NCBI GenBank assembly: GCA_020536535.1 | Contig: JAHLWZ010000093.1 | Coordinates: 1 to 64,000 of the forward strand | Reading direction: 5' to 3' | From: Pelomyxa schiedti | Taxonomy: Eukaryota; Protista; Evosea | DNA length: 64,000 bases | In this document: positions 33,404-46,393 of the stretch, piece by piece | Layout of the letters: each line of letters opens with the position of its first letter | Position numbering within the stretch: position 1 is the stretch's first letter | Position numbers and translations under genes: made by a program | Notes under the pieces: model-generated | What the model saw: the letters and a program-made list of their open reading frames with translations, nothing else | Database searches by the model: none | What the model was told of the DNA's origin: nothing

Positions 33404-35177
33404 ATGATGAGTGGAGTACCACCGGTTGGACAACCCAGCCGTTTCGTTTTGGGTTTTCCCTCATGGTGGGGAAATAGGACACCTAGATGCATCATAGTGT
33501 GGGCCCTTCTGATTGTTTTTGTCTCGTCGTCGATTTTGCTCGACGTCGTCGGTTCATCACCATCACCAGCCCGTGGCCCAACCGTCCCATCATCGCAACT
33601 TGCCCCACATCGATTCCCACAACCACTTCGACACCTCCACCCAGGCACTTTTACAACAACAACAACAACAACAACAACAACACCAGAACTCGTACCCGCC
33701 AGTAGCGCCGTCGTCAGTGTTGATGATGGGAAGAGTGACAGTGACAGCGACGACGAGGGGGTTTTGGAGTGGAGCCGGGTGATTATGTTTTGCTGCGGGA
33801 GTATGTCAATTGTGTGCTGCTTGTTCATCATGACCACTTGCGTGGCCTTTGGGAAGCACCGGTTGGTCTACTTCAGGATGGTAGTCGGCCTGGCTGTCAG
33901 CGACTTCATAAGCTCGGTTTCCTTCGTGTGTTTCCTCTTGTTTGTATTGATTGCGGACGCGTTAATTGACCGTGAATAGATATTGGCAGCTACTTGGGTA
34001 AGAGAAAGTGATACTACCGCTTGCACGGTGCAAGGTTAGTTTTAGATGTTGAACCACTAGCTGACTGTGTTACAGCAATATTGCTGCAAACTGCGGATAT
34101 TACTGGTATATGCTATTACTTTGTCATTGCCCTATACTTGTGCATAATAGCAGGCAATCACTTTTTTCCACAAAATTGTATACAATTTGACCGTACCTAG
34201 GCACTGATCTCACACTCCCGTTCCCCGTCGAAATATGTGTTCACTCATTTCTATGGCTTGCTGGGTGGACAACAGCAATGATTCCACTGATGCCGGCCAC
34301 ACTTGTAACCTATTCTCTGTCGGACGTTGGATGGTGTTGGGTGGATGAAGAACCAACCTATGCACGATATGTGGGTGAGTTTGTGTTGTGTCTGTGTTGC
34401 TATTGCGGGATTCCATTTAACTAGTTTTTCTTCAGATAATGTTTTATGCCTATAACTGGGTTATCTTACTAGTTTTGCCCGCAGTGTATATTATAGCTGG
34501 TGTGAGATTTCGCAGACGGTGAGTTGGAAACTTTCCAGTACTTTCAAAAGGTTTACTATGTTAGGTTCGTCTCCCACGGAGGCTTCCGAAACCTCAAGCA
34601 GCGGGCAGTGGTATCAAAAGTGGCCCATCAAACTTGGTTGTACCCTCTTGTACTATACCTTGTCTGGATCCCCTGTTCCATAAATAGGGTACTCGAAGAT
34701 GTAACCGGAGGTACAATACCCAATTCCGTGCAGATAGAAATACTTTTAGACACTCAATAAACACATCAAATCCCAGAATTAAAATATCAAAACATGTAAT
34801 ATAGCATATTGCCAAACATAATTAAATAACCCCCGGTCACAGAGACCAAGCGGGTGGCCGGATACATGGAACTCACTCTGCTGCCACTTATGGGATTCTT
34901 CAACTTCCTCATTTACTTCTTCACGGCGGAACTCATCAGTGACTTTGGCAAATTGTTCACGCGAGTCCGATTGCGCCGCGGCACCTCCTCAATGTCAATA
35001 GCAGTCAATGTACAGAACAAGAAGAACCCCAAAAACAAGGACAAGATTCTCGCAAGTGACCCCGATGGCGAGCACCCTGAGGAAAAACAGCCACTGGTGA
35101 TTGATGGAGAGACTGACAACAAGCCCGTGACCCTGGTTGTGGACACTGTACCTGACCCTGAGTACGACGATACTTGA
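33404..35177 (+). CDS. cAMP-receptor-like (CAR/Crl-type) GPCR with an extra N-terminal hydrophobic segment and Thr-rich stalk
   Basis: YFRMVVGLAVSDFISS, ACTVQ, GWCWV, YPLVLYLVWIPCSINR, LLPLMGFFNFLIYFF across spliced exons. Confidence 0.75.
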
Positions 35178-35304
35178 GATATCTATCTGCCAGTCCTCCA
35201 ATAATTCTCGTGTAACAGATAACAGATTATTTCAATTAAACCCGTTAGAAGGGCCTTTTTAATTGGCGTCCGGGGTCGGGTGACACCGTGTGTTGTTGGC
35301 GTAA

Positions 35305-38300
35305 ATGAAGTTGAGTTGCAAAACAAAAAAATAAGTTTTATTTGGGTTTTTTTTTCCTCTTCTACCATTAGTAGTGACTGAGTATGTAACAACAAGGTTC
35401 AATGTGGAAGAACTTGAAGTGCTATTCCCGTACCCATTTGTGTACCCTGAGCAGTACAAGTACATGTTGTACTTGAAACGTGCTCTTGATGCTTCGGTTT
35501 GTTGAGCTTTTTCTTTCTGATATTAAAATATTAAATTAACAGGAATGAATCCTTTTTTTCTTTTTGACCCTCTTTAGGGAACGTGCTTGTTGGAAATGCC
35601 ATCAGGAACTGGTAAGACTGTGTCACTTCTGTCACTTTGTACGGCATTTCAGGCCGCTCACCCGCGTGAGGCCCAAAAAATTGTATACTGTTCCAGGACT
35701 GTATCTGAAATTGAGCAGGTACTCTCTGAAACTTTTTTTTTAAACAAATGGGTGGGCAGCAATCTAACTCCCATGATTGGCAGGTTATGGAAGAAGCAAG
35801 ACGCGTGACTGGATACAGGTCATCTGTGCTTGGTGAAGCCACCCCATCTACACTCAGTATTGCTCAAAGTTCGAGGAGGAATTTGTGTGTTCACCCACAG
35901 GTAGACAGAAGCTCTTGCTATGTGATGTTTAACAGTATTCTGAAAGGTTAGTGAAGAGAAGGATGGAAGAAAGTGCGATGCTATGTGCAGAGATATCACT
36001 GCTTCATGGGTCAGGGAAAAGGCGAAATCAAATGCAGCTGTGGAAATTTGCCCTTACTACAGAGGTTTTGAGGAAAGAGGTACACAAACTGTGCTGTATG
36101 GCACCTATTCATTGGAGGATTTACGGAAATATGGGAGGTATAATGATTTTTCAATTTGCTTGAGATAAATTTTGAACTGCTGCAGGGAACATACAATTTG
36201 TCCTTACTTCCTTGCGCGACATCTTGTTACTATTGCTACAACAGTAGTGTTTAGCTACCAGTACATCATTGACCCAAGGATTTCTGAGTTAATTACTAAA
36301 ACCTTTGCACCAAATTCCATCATCATTTTCGATGAAGCTCACAACATCGGCAATCCTTCCTTTTTTTATGCACCAAAATAGTTAACCCACCCACAGACAA
36401 TGTGTGCATTGAAGCTTTAAGTATAGATATCACACTACAGCAGACTCTTGAAGCAGCCTCCCGTAATATTAAAAAAATTGAAGCCGCCATTACTGTGTAT
36501 GTATAAGAGATTTAACATCTTGTAAGGATAAAATAGGACAAAAACTGCAGATGCAGAAAAGCTGAAACGAGAATATTTAAGGCTTGTTAACGGTGCGGGA
36601 CTTTGTTGCACAGAAATCGTTCTGATGCTCAATTATAGGACTTGCCCGACCGCAGGACTTACCTATGTCAGATGACACCCGCGCAGATCCAGGTGGATTT
36701 CATTTTTCTGTTTGTTCCGCAAGTTGAGCATTTCCAGTCCTTCCTCCAGACGTAATAAACGAAGCAGTACCTGGAAATATTAGAAGAGCGGGTAAAAGCA
36801 TTCCCGCTCTTAAGTTTTAACTGCTACACAGAGCACTTTATGTCTGTGTTACGGAGATTGGTGGAATACTTAAAGGTACAACTGTGGATAACTCCCACTG
36901 CTTAATATTGCGTTTACAGATGAGACTGCGGGGACAAACTGTTTCTCAGGAAATTCCTGTACGATTCCTTCTTGATCTCTATGACAAAGCAGTTCTTGAG
37001 CCTAAGACTCTAAAGTAAGAAGAAACATATTTTTTCTATTATGCACACCAGACTAGATTTTGTACATCACGACTGAATTCTCTTCTTCGTTCACTTGAAC
37101 TTTCTGGAATGAACGAATATTCTGCGATTTCTTTAGTCTGTGAATTTGCAACACTTGTATCGACATATTCAAAAGTAGTGCTATTCTGCAAATTGGATAT
37201 TATAATTGTGGGTAGGGATTTACACTTCTCTTCGAGCCTTTTGCATCATATGGCGGCTCTTCTTCTTCAGTCCTTCATTTTAGGTTTTTTTGTTCCCATG
37301 ATGATTTTGTGTTAATTTTCTTAGTTGCCTTGATGCCTCTATAGCGCTAGCACCCATACTTGAAAAGTATCGGTCTATTGTGATAACTTCTGGGACACTT
37401 TCTCCGATTGACATGTATCCTCGCATTCTTAATATCAGACCTGTGCTATCAGAGAGACTACCTATGTCACTGGCAAGATCATGTATTTGCCCTCTAGTAT
37501 GCTTCTTCATGAATTTCAGCGTTATTAAGTGAACGTACTCCAGATTGTGGGAAGAGGAAGTGACCAAGTTGCAATCACAACCAGAATGGAGAACCGAATG
37601 GACCAATCTGTCATGAGGAATTTCGGTTCATTATTACAAGAAATGTCTGCTGCGGTTCCTGGTATGGAACGACAGCTCTATTACAACTTACATTTTGTAG
37701 ATGGGATAATTTGTTTCTTTACCAGCTACGCCTACATGGAACAGATTGTCACAGCATGGTATGAAATGCGTATTCTCAACAATATCTTGGCGAACAAACT
37801 CATTTTTGTTGGTACACTTCCTTTTACTGGTTTTCTTTCCTGTTAACACCATTCAGAAACCCCTGACGGGACTGAAACGAGTCTAGCACTTCTAAATTAC
37901 AAAAGAGCGTGTGACAGGTATTACATCCAAAAATGAACTGGAATCCCTATAATCCTTGAAGTGGTCGAGGGGCTATTTTACTGGCTGTGGCTCGCGGAAA
38001 ATTATCAGAAGGAATAGATTTCTCAAACCATTACGGGCGATGTGTCATCCTATTCGGGATTCCCTTTGTTTATACTCAGAGTTATACATTGAAGGTTTAT
38101 GCTTTTTTTTTTTTTCTTCATTACACCCGGTCTTAACACTATGCAGGCTAGGTTAGAGTTTCTATCCGATTGTTATAGAATCAAAGAACAAGATTTTCTC
38201 ACTTTTGACGCCATGAGAACTGCCTCACAATGCGTGGGACGAGCAATTAGAGGCAAAACGGACTACGCGTTAATGGTTTTTGCAGACAAGGTTAGAAATA

Positions 38301-38745
38301 ATATTTACTAGATTCCGCACCTCTCCTAATGATTCCACATAGAGGTACGGCCGTGCCGATAAAAGAGGGAAACTTCCGATGTGGATTCAGAGTTCTTTAT
38401 CCGGCGAGTTCATTGATGTATCAACTGATACAGCTGTCACAAGCTCAAGGCGTTTCTTGCGTGCAATGGGCCAACCGTTCCCAAAAGTAATATCAAATAC
38501 CAATTCCATTAATAAAATAAAACCTTTCACAGGAAGTTCAACTTGGTGTATCCCTGTGGTCTCTGGAGGACCTCAAGGCCTTTCAAGCAAAGGAAGCTCA
38601 AGATAGAGCTAAGCCAAAAACACAAGTTCAACAGCAAGTACAACAACCAACACAACAGCCTCCATTACAACAACAAGCACAAGCACAAACAGCAACTGCA
38701 CCAGCACCACCGGTAATAGTGATTCCATCAAGAAAAAGGGTGTAA
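35305..38745 (+). CDS. ERCC2: TFIIH helicase XPD (Rad3/ERCC2), multi-exon
   Basis: [33 protein letters not shown], Fe-S Cys (RNLCVH, CDAMC, ICPYY), [53 protein letters not shown]. Confidence 0.95.
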
Positions 38746-38763
38746 ATGCCTACCCCAGTATTA

Positions 38764-41700
38764 TTAATAGAAGGCTTGTTGTTGATATGTTCCCATGTTC
38801 ATTCCTGGTTGCTGTGGGTATGTCATGGTGGGTTGCTGTTGGTATGGAATTCCGGGCATAGTGGACATTGTATTCTGTTGCTGCTGGAAGGGCATGCCCC
38901 CCATTGGAATTCCCGGCATTGTGGGTGTTTGCTGTTGGAAGGTATTATTTGGTGGGTATTGTTGCTGTTGGTAGGTATTGTAGCCGGTATTAGTCATGGG
39001 AATCTGTTGTTGTGGGTAGGCTGTGGTATTACTGTTGTACATTGGGGTTTGTGTGTTCATCATCATTCCGGTGTTCATGCTGTTGTTGTATCCCATCGGT
39101 GTGCTGGTATTATAACCGGATTGCATTGGAATTTGTGGTTGTGTGTAGGGCTGAGAGGAAGTATTGGAATAGGAGTTGTATTGATTGGTGGAATACGTGT
39201 TGTTCATAACTATGTTGAATAAATTAATGCCGGACTGAAAAGGGCAGAGTACCTTGCGGGGATCCATATGAGCCATACGACTCATAGGTGACGCAGGATT
39301 TGCTCTTAAAGTTGTGTCAATGTAGAGTAGGGAAAAGAAGAAGGTTTACAGCCGTCCAGTTCGTGGGTGAGTTCCAGTCGAAGTCAAAGGTCTGTGTGAA
39401 TTGTTATGAGTAAAATGAAGAAGGTGGGAAACCTGAGAGGTTGATGGGGGGGCCTGATAATAAGAATTCGTGGGCATACTTGGTGTAGAACCATAAGTTG
39501 TGCTGGGGTACGGAGAGGCGTAGGTATTAGAAGTTGGGGTGGGGGTGTAGGTCATTGGGCTGATTGCTGGATTTGGAGGACTGACAGTGGAAGGCGTGAA
39601 GGCAGTTGGTGATGGGATAGTCGGAACTACACGCTTGCTTCCCCCAGGTTGAATTCTTCCCGGTTCGAACTCCTAAAGAAATTAGGTGTGGCAAAAAGTT
39701 ACCTTTTTGTCATACTACGGAAGTTGCCTTTCCTACTTCTCCGATTTGTAGAGTTTGTAGACAGAATGCCGAGAAGACAAAACTGCATTCCTCATTCGGG
39801 TCAAATGTGGCAGGGAGAACGATATAACTGGTTTGTGGGGCCAAGGTAATCTCTCTTCCAACTGGATAATTAGATGGAAAACCGTGTCGTTGCATAAACA
39901 CCTTCTCGGCTGTTAATATAACTCTCTGATCTACTGTGAAGTGAGGCCTTGGAACCAGCTTTGATTCGTGTTGAGGTATCTACACAAAATTGATATGACA
40001 AGGATATGAGGTGACCAGCACCTGCAACTTTGAAAACAAGGAGACCAATACTAAATAGCTCAGCGTCACTTACAGTACTAGTCGGACTTCTTATCCACCT
40101 TCTGTCCTCTTGTGAGACAGAAACCTGAAACAAATATGGGAAGAGAATAAAAAGTGACATCATACAAATGCTGTAACTTCAGAGGGATTGGGATTTGTCA
40201 TAAAGAACCTTTCAATATTAAGAAATTTCAAGCAGGTGACCAGAATACTGAGGGTTGTTTATCCAGGAAGTATGGTTTTGGCATCCACCAGCAGATGTGC
40301 CTTTCCACGCACCATAAATCCTCCATGCATTCCAGATGTCACCAACAGCATCTTGGTATAAGTGACAGATGATGAGCTGGAACCAGTGAGAAGAATCGAA
40401 AAAAGAAACTGCACACTTTCGTGAAATTTCTCTTGAAGTCTCGCCAGGACATCCTGGATTGAGGTAAGCACAATAGAACACCTCAAGGATCCAACCAAAA
40501 TGACCCGTCATCTTCGAAAGTGACGGGAATTGCAATCTGTCTCATCACATCTTGGGTCCACTCAGAGCTATTATCACTCCACGCTCCTGCGTATACTCAT
40601 AAGTAAAAGAAAAAAAAATAGAGCAAGATCAACCCTTCCATTCTCTTTCTCCCCATGGATTTCTCAACTTAATCAACCTGATGGAAGATTTTTTATTTAA
40701 CGGGCTGTTTGATTTTTCTGTACCTTTCCCTTGGTCTTGTTATTTCTTGGGCATAAATAATGGAGTACGCATGATTTGCTAATAGCTACACATATAAGGG
40801 AATTTGTTAATAAGTGTATTTGTACCCCAGTAGCGCGAATTTCGGATTCTGGTTTGGCTGTAGTCGAAACTGCTGAGCATCCAAGCAGCCAGCCTACTTA
40901 GGGTTAGTCTCAACCGCGGAAAAGAAATTAATACATTCATTGAGGGCCTTCTGAATCGCTGACCACTCATCACCTTGTGGAGACATATCGTTATTTTCAC
41001 AAACACCTCCAGTCAAATCCGCAAAAGCAACTTCATTGGCGGTAAGAGCGGGTGCCAACTCAATAAGAAAACTTACATGCGATAGAACCCGATGCTATTG
41101 CATTGTAGCTGCCATGTAACTTCGCATAGGCTAAACAAGTAAATTTGTATAGCAAATAAAGTAAAAGGTAAACCTTTTTCAATGAGAGGTACCCACAACT
41201 CGTTTACATCACTGCAACTGGCAAATATTGGACGATTATTCCGCGTTGGAATGAAATCATCAATGAAAACTAGTCTAAGAATCTAAGATGAGAGGGAATC
41301 GCATAACGGGGTTTACCTCCATGCACCTTCCTTGAAAAATTTGAATATATAGTAGCCCATTTCAGGGTGCTCAGCGATAATGAGTTGTTTTATTCTAATG
41401 TACGAATTCAGTCTACTTAAAGAATGAAGGAAAGTTGTACAGGTCAGCCCTATTTGCAATTGTAGCCAGAGCACCCAGGAACCAACAATCACCTGAAAAG
41501 GTGTTAAAAAAAATGGAGTTAAGCACAACGAAATTGACCCAAATCTCCTTGAATAACATCATCTGCACAAGTGCCACTCAAAAACATGTTTGGATTCTTT
41601 GCGTACTGACATGGTCGCTTCCAAGTTACACCTGTTTCACAGTCAATACACATTACCATATGCACTCACAGCATTAGAAACAAACCAGAGGTGTCAGTCT

Positions 41701-41988
41701 GGCAATGAGCCTGCAGTGATGAACTGCCTATGATTGACCTCTCCACTGGAGGGAAGTCCTGATCCCTAAACTTTCCATCTCCCTTTTTAATACTACAGTA
41801 AGTGCACTCAATAGCATTGTGAAAGGGAGAACAAAAAAAAAAATAACACAGATAACGTGCACACAAAAATTCAAGGGCATTATTGTCACGTCACCAATGA
41901 CTTGTGGGAATCGTGTACACACCGAAGACGAGCAGACATAACGAAGTTGTGTCTCCAACTGACTTAGTGCACTCACTGGTTGCCACAT
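38764..41988 (-). CDS. Calpain-family cysteine protease (CysPc + C2L domain III + low-complexity tail); 5' end uncertain
   Basis: FRDQDFPP, QGDL-GDCWFL (Cys), NHAYS (His), LRNPWG (Asn), AGGCQN...NNPQY, YIVLPATFDP; S/T/P- then Q/M/P/Y-rich tail. Confidence 0.85.
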
Positions 41989-42164
41989 GTTGTCCTTGTA
42001 TCACAATAATTGATGTGAAACTACCCACGCGCCAACGTTCGATTTGACGAATCGTTACTTTTGGTATTGTTTGGGAAAAAGCAAAGAACAAAGGAACAAA
42101 GGGGAAATAACTACTGTGCAAAAAAGTACTTGTTGATGATGATGTGAAGTGTGTTGTGGTGGGT

Positions 42165-42972
42165 CTATGGGCCAGAGGTGGAGCCAGAGGTTTCCTCAAC
42201 ACCGCAGTATGTGTCGTTCTTGCCGGTGAGAAGGATGGCTACGATCAGTCCGTACAGGGCAAGGGCCTCACTGAAGATCAGGATCAGCACCATGGCAATG
42301 TACAGTCTTGGCTGCTGTGCTGTAGCGCGGACACCGCTGTCTCCAACAATGCCAATGGCCATACCTTAATTATGCGCGTGAGTGAGGTGGCCAATTTATA
42401 GAGGTAATATTCGTAGTTTAAGTGGGTAATTGAAAGCCTACCGGCAGCCATTCCGCTCAGACCTACAGTGAGACCGGACCCCAGGTCAAGGAAGGCGCGC
42501 ATAAGAGTGTAGTTCTTGTCGGGGGAAACTGCACATCGTTAGACACAGTTTGCATAGAGTGATTGCATACTGTTGCCCAGCACGATGACACAGACGATCA
42601 GTCCATAAATACCAATGACACCAGCAAAAATGACAGGGATAATGGCCTTTATCGATATTAGAGAAAAGAACACTGTCATGAATGAGGCTCGCCTTCATGA
42701 CAAGTTCTGGTTTCATAACTCCCATACTGCTAATGCCAACGCTAGCCTTGGCGGTGCCGTAAGCAGCACCAACGACTAGAAAAGAGAGTGTTAGTGATAT
42801 TGCATTGACGGAATAGTGTGGTTGAGTTAGGCAAAAAAGATCAAGCGGAGTGGAACGCACCACAGAAGACCAGTGATGCCGTGACTCCCATACTGCCAAA
42901 GAATGGGGCGTAGGCTGGGCATGCATCGTTTATTGTTCTACCAGCAAGTGCGAGGAGAAGTGAGAGTAACAT
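42165..42972 (-). CDS. ATP6V0C: V-type ATPase 16-kDa proteolipid subunit c with an N-terminal signal-like extension
   Basis: [77 protein letters not shown] (essential Glu present). Confidence 0.95.
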
Positions 42973-43388
42973 TCTTCGGTGCAATAAGTAAAACTACAGA
43001 CAAAAAAAAAAAAAAAAAACCGACATAACAACACAAACAACGCATGTATGACAAAAACACGGCGGGGGTCAGTCAACCTTGTACGTAGATCTGCGACGGG
43101 CTGTGTGCACTACCTTTTTGCTTTGATTTTTATAACAGAATGCACGGAACACAAGTTTGCACTGAACGTCAACCTGCGCAGTTGCACTATCTTCTAGAAA
43201 GAAAAATAGAAATTTAGAGCCAGGCATCTGGAACCATCACCTCAACGAACACCGTTCGGCCCTGGAGATCTCCAGAAGGTACCCTCAATCTTCTTCTCCC
43301 TCCCCACCCACCAAAGAGATGCGCACAGCTTGGCTGATACCCCCCAACAAAAAGTGATGGACAATTTTTCCTTGTTATTTGCTCGTGG

Positions 43389-46283
43389 ATGTTTTACACA
43401 CAACAACCACGCAACACTCCACCACCGCCCAACACCACCACCAATGCTAGTAACCCAAACACCCATCATCATCAGCAGCGAGGGTACGCACCTCTCGGCC
43501 TCTACCAGCCACAGCAGCTGACCATGCCCCCCGCCGCAGCGCTGGCCCAGACCGCATCGCCCCCGCCCCCGCTGTCTGTCATGGGCGCCATGCCCATGTC
43601 CCTCAGATCCACACAACAGCAGCCACCACCCCCCACCACAGCAACGACAACCACAACAGCTAGCAGGGGATACAACAACAGCAACAACTACCCCCAACTG
43701 GGAATGGGAATGGGATCGGGACTGGGGATGGGGCCGATGCCCCCACGCCAGATGCCACTCCAGCTGCAACAACAACAAGTGGGGGTTGCCGACATGACAA
43801 TGACCACGGGGATGGGGAGGGGAATCGAGGGTGCCAGTGAATTTGATGGCTGCGGGGGGGGAGGGGGAGAGGGGGACAACGCAGCGGGGGGCACGGGGAC
43901 GAGGACGGGGGAGGAGGCGCCGCCTGGGGTGCCATTGACGTCTTTCTTACATGGTGCGTGGTTGGGGGAAGCCCATCGATTTGATTACTGCTGTTTGTTG
44001 TCGTTGAGTTGACATCCCATTAGTTGACCAATCGTCGTACCACTTGCTGAGGTTTGTTCATGAAAAAGTGGTCAAGGGGAAGAGCACGGTGGACCCACTG
44101 ACCTGGGCCAATCCTGTTGTGCTCGAACGCGATGCGACTGATATACAGCATGCTGCTAGGCAACGACTGGGGGCTGCAAAGCGTGCTGCAAAAGTTGGTC
44201 CCCTCCTCTTTTTCTCTATTTGTTTAGTTTTTGTTTCGAAGGCATCAAAACTTTTCATTTTTTTTTTTTTTTTGTAAAAAGATGTTATTCTATTGTAAGT
44301 AAGTAAAAATAGTTTCTGCCTTAGTTTACGACTTTAATGATGTACCCGCTAATGGAATATTGAGGCACTAGAATTCAATCCAAGGCTGAAAGATACAGAG
44401 GAGGCTGCACAAAAGAAAAAGGAGGCCGATATTGCTCAATACACAGTGGATCACCTTCCCGAGACTATAAAGAACGGTGTTCACGAAAGAACAACAAAAC
44501 AGGAGAAGGAATTGATACAAACGTTGCCTATGGTCCTTCATGATTCTGCTGATAATCAGTTTGAGGGTATTCACTAACATTACTGACGACAAAACTCATC
44601 AAATCTGCACCCCCCAGGTCGTGCAGAGGAGCAAAGTGGTAGTTATGTCTTGTTTGTTGAAAAGAACACCGAGAAAGGACGTACTTTATTTGTCGTTCCT
44701 GTTTCACAGTGGTACACCTTCAAACGAAAGTCAAAGGTCATACCAATGTCTCTGGATGAGGGTATTCTGGTGTTTGATTTTCTTCTTGTTACTCACTTTT
44801 TTTTTCAGCCGAAATGAGGATGAAGGACAAGTGTTAGTCTATACTCTTATTCACTCTTCTATGTGACTAGACTTTCTTATTATGGTACAGTTAAGCTCAT
44901 TCCAGTGGGACGCAGTAAAGAAAAAGATGCAAATGATGAGGACCCAGCCCCCAAAAAAGCGTCATCCGAGCAAGTGGATTTCACAGTCGATGCCAAGGAT
45001 GACGCAGAGGACTACGAACTCAGAATGTCAGTTTTTGGGGACGACCTGGACACAACTGGCTATGATGAAGAGGAACAAGAAGAGGAGAATCAAGAAACGT
45101 TATCACGCAAAAATTATCTGAGAGAAGTAGCCCAAGAGCGAGAAGACGCTAGTGAGTATCCCGGAAACATAATCTGTTACTGACCGCACCCAGATAAGCA
45201 AGTGGGTGAATCCAAGCCCCACAAACTGGAAAAACCAGCTGATCAAGCAGATGATCCTGAAAATGCAGCAGATGTTGAACCTGAGTGGGATGACGATAAG
45301 GAGGGCGAGGATGATGAGGGTGGTGAAGAAGTAACGCCACTGCTCTATGTAAAAACAATTTAACAAGAACCAGGGTGAGAATAAAGAGAAAATCCCTACA
45401 ATGGGTGGTACTCTAATTTCCCAAACTGTCCAATCTGTACCTCTTCTCAAAGCTGGAAAGGAAATACACCGTACAGTAAAGAAGCATACAGTGAAAGGTA
45501 CTACATTGACACACTATTCTATTGTTACCCTAAGGGCACACATCTCCAGATAAATCCAGTGAAGTACCTCAAGAAAATGGAGTACAAACATTATCTTCTG
45601 TAGACATAAAATGACATTACAATGCAGGAAACAGCAAGTGCAGCAAGCAGCTCTGCTCAGAACAAAAGTGCGGAAGCAATGGCAGCCCTACTTGCGCAGA
45701 AAAACATAGACCCAACAACCGGAAAACGCAAGCGAGGGAGACCAAGAAAGGAGGTACGAATTCCCCATCCCTTAAGTGTTTAAATTATTATGCCAATCCA
45801 TCCGATCCAATCCATCCGATCCAATTCATGTTTAATGAATCCCTTGAATATAAGATAAACGCTAATCACTCACCAAAGTACTAATCAATTTCCGCTACAG
45901 CACACACAACCTACACCAAGCAAGACGCGGAAGAAGGCACCAGGAGAATCACCAACGGCCGCCAAGTCCGGCGATACTCAACCGGCTACAGCACCCACCC
46001 CCGGCTGTGATATCTCTGAAGAAGATATAAGGAGAATATTCGTGGAGTTCAACAACAGTATGTCCTTGACCACAATGAAAGAACAATTCGCCAAATACAT
46101 GACCACGGCAGAAAAGAAAACCAGGTACCCCCCCCCAACAAACCCGGAATAAATCCCTACTTGAATTACAAGATCAACACTTACAACACGGATTCTCACT
46201 CTCACCTTAGTGTCATTGCTCTTATAAAACGAGTTGCCAAGCAGGTAGAGAAAGGCGGAACCAAATTCTACACCCTGCGCTGA
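43389..46283 (+). CDS. GTF2F1: Transcription factor IIF large subunit (RAP74/Tfg1)-like, multi-exon
   Basis: QFEG...SYVLFV...FVVPVSQWYTFK motif, acidic central region, C-terminal winged-helix-like ISEEDIRRIF...LIKRVAK...FYTLR; P/Q/G-rich N-extension. Confidence 0.65.
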
Positions 46284-46393
46284 CACCAAAGCGCCCCCCA
46301 CCCTCAAACACATCGCAATTTTTGGCAGATTGGAAAAATTAGATCTCGCTCCCCGATTACGACTGTTAATTAAGAAAACTACCCCGACTGTGC

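Noticed and set aside
39700-40400. Possible second C2L domain (calpain-7-like)
   Set aside because: The segments assemble into one domain III (AGGC...NPQY...IGLLVFK...NSRE...YIVLPATF).
33960-41500. Apparent in-frame stops in the GPCR, XPD and calpain suggesting a reassigned genetic code
   Set aside because: Those I checked resolve with short GT-AG introns or the correct frame; the standard code suffices.
45793-45826. CCAATCCATCCGAT x2 tandem repeat
   Set aside because: Short intronic slippage repeat with no evident function.
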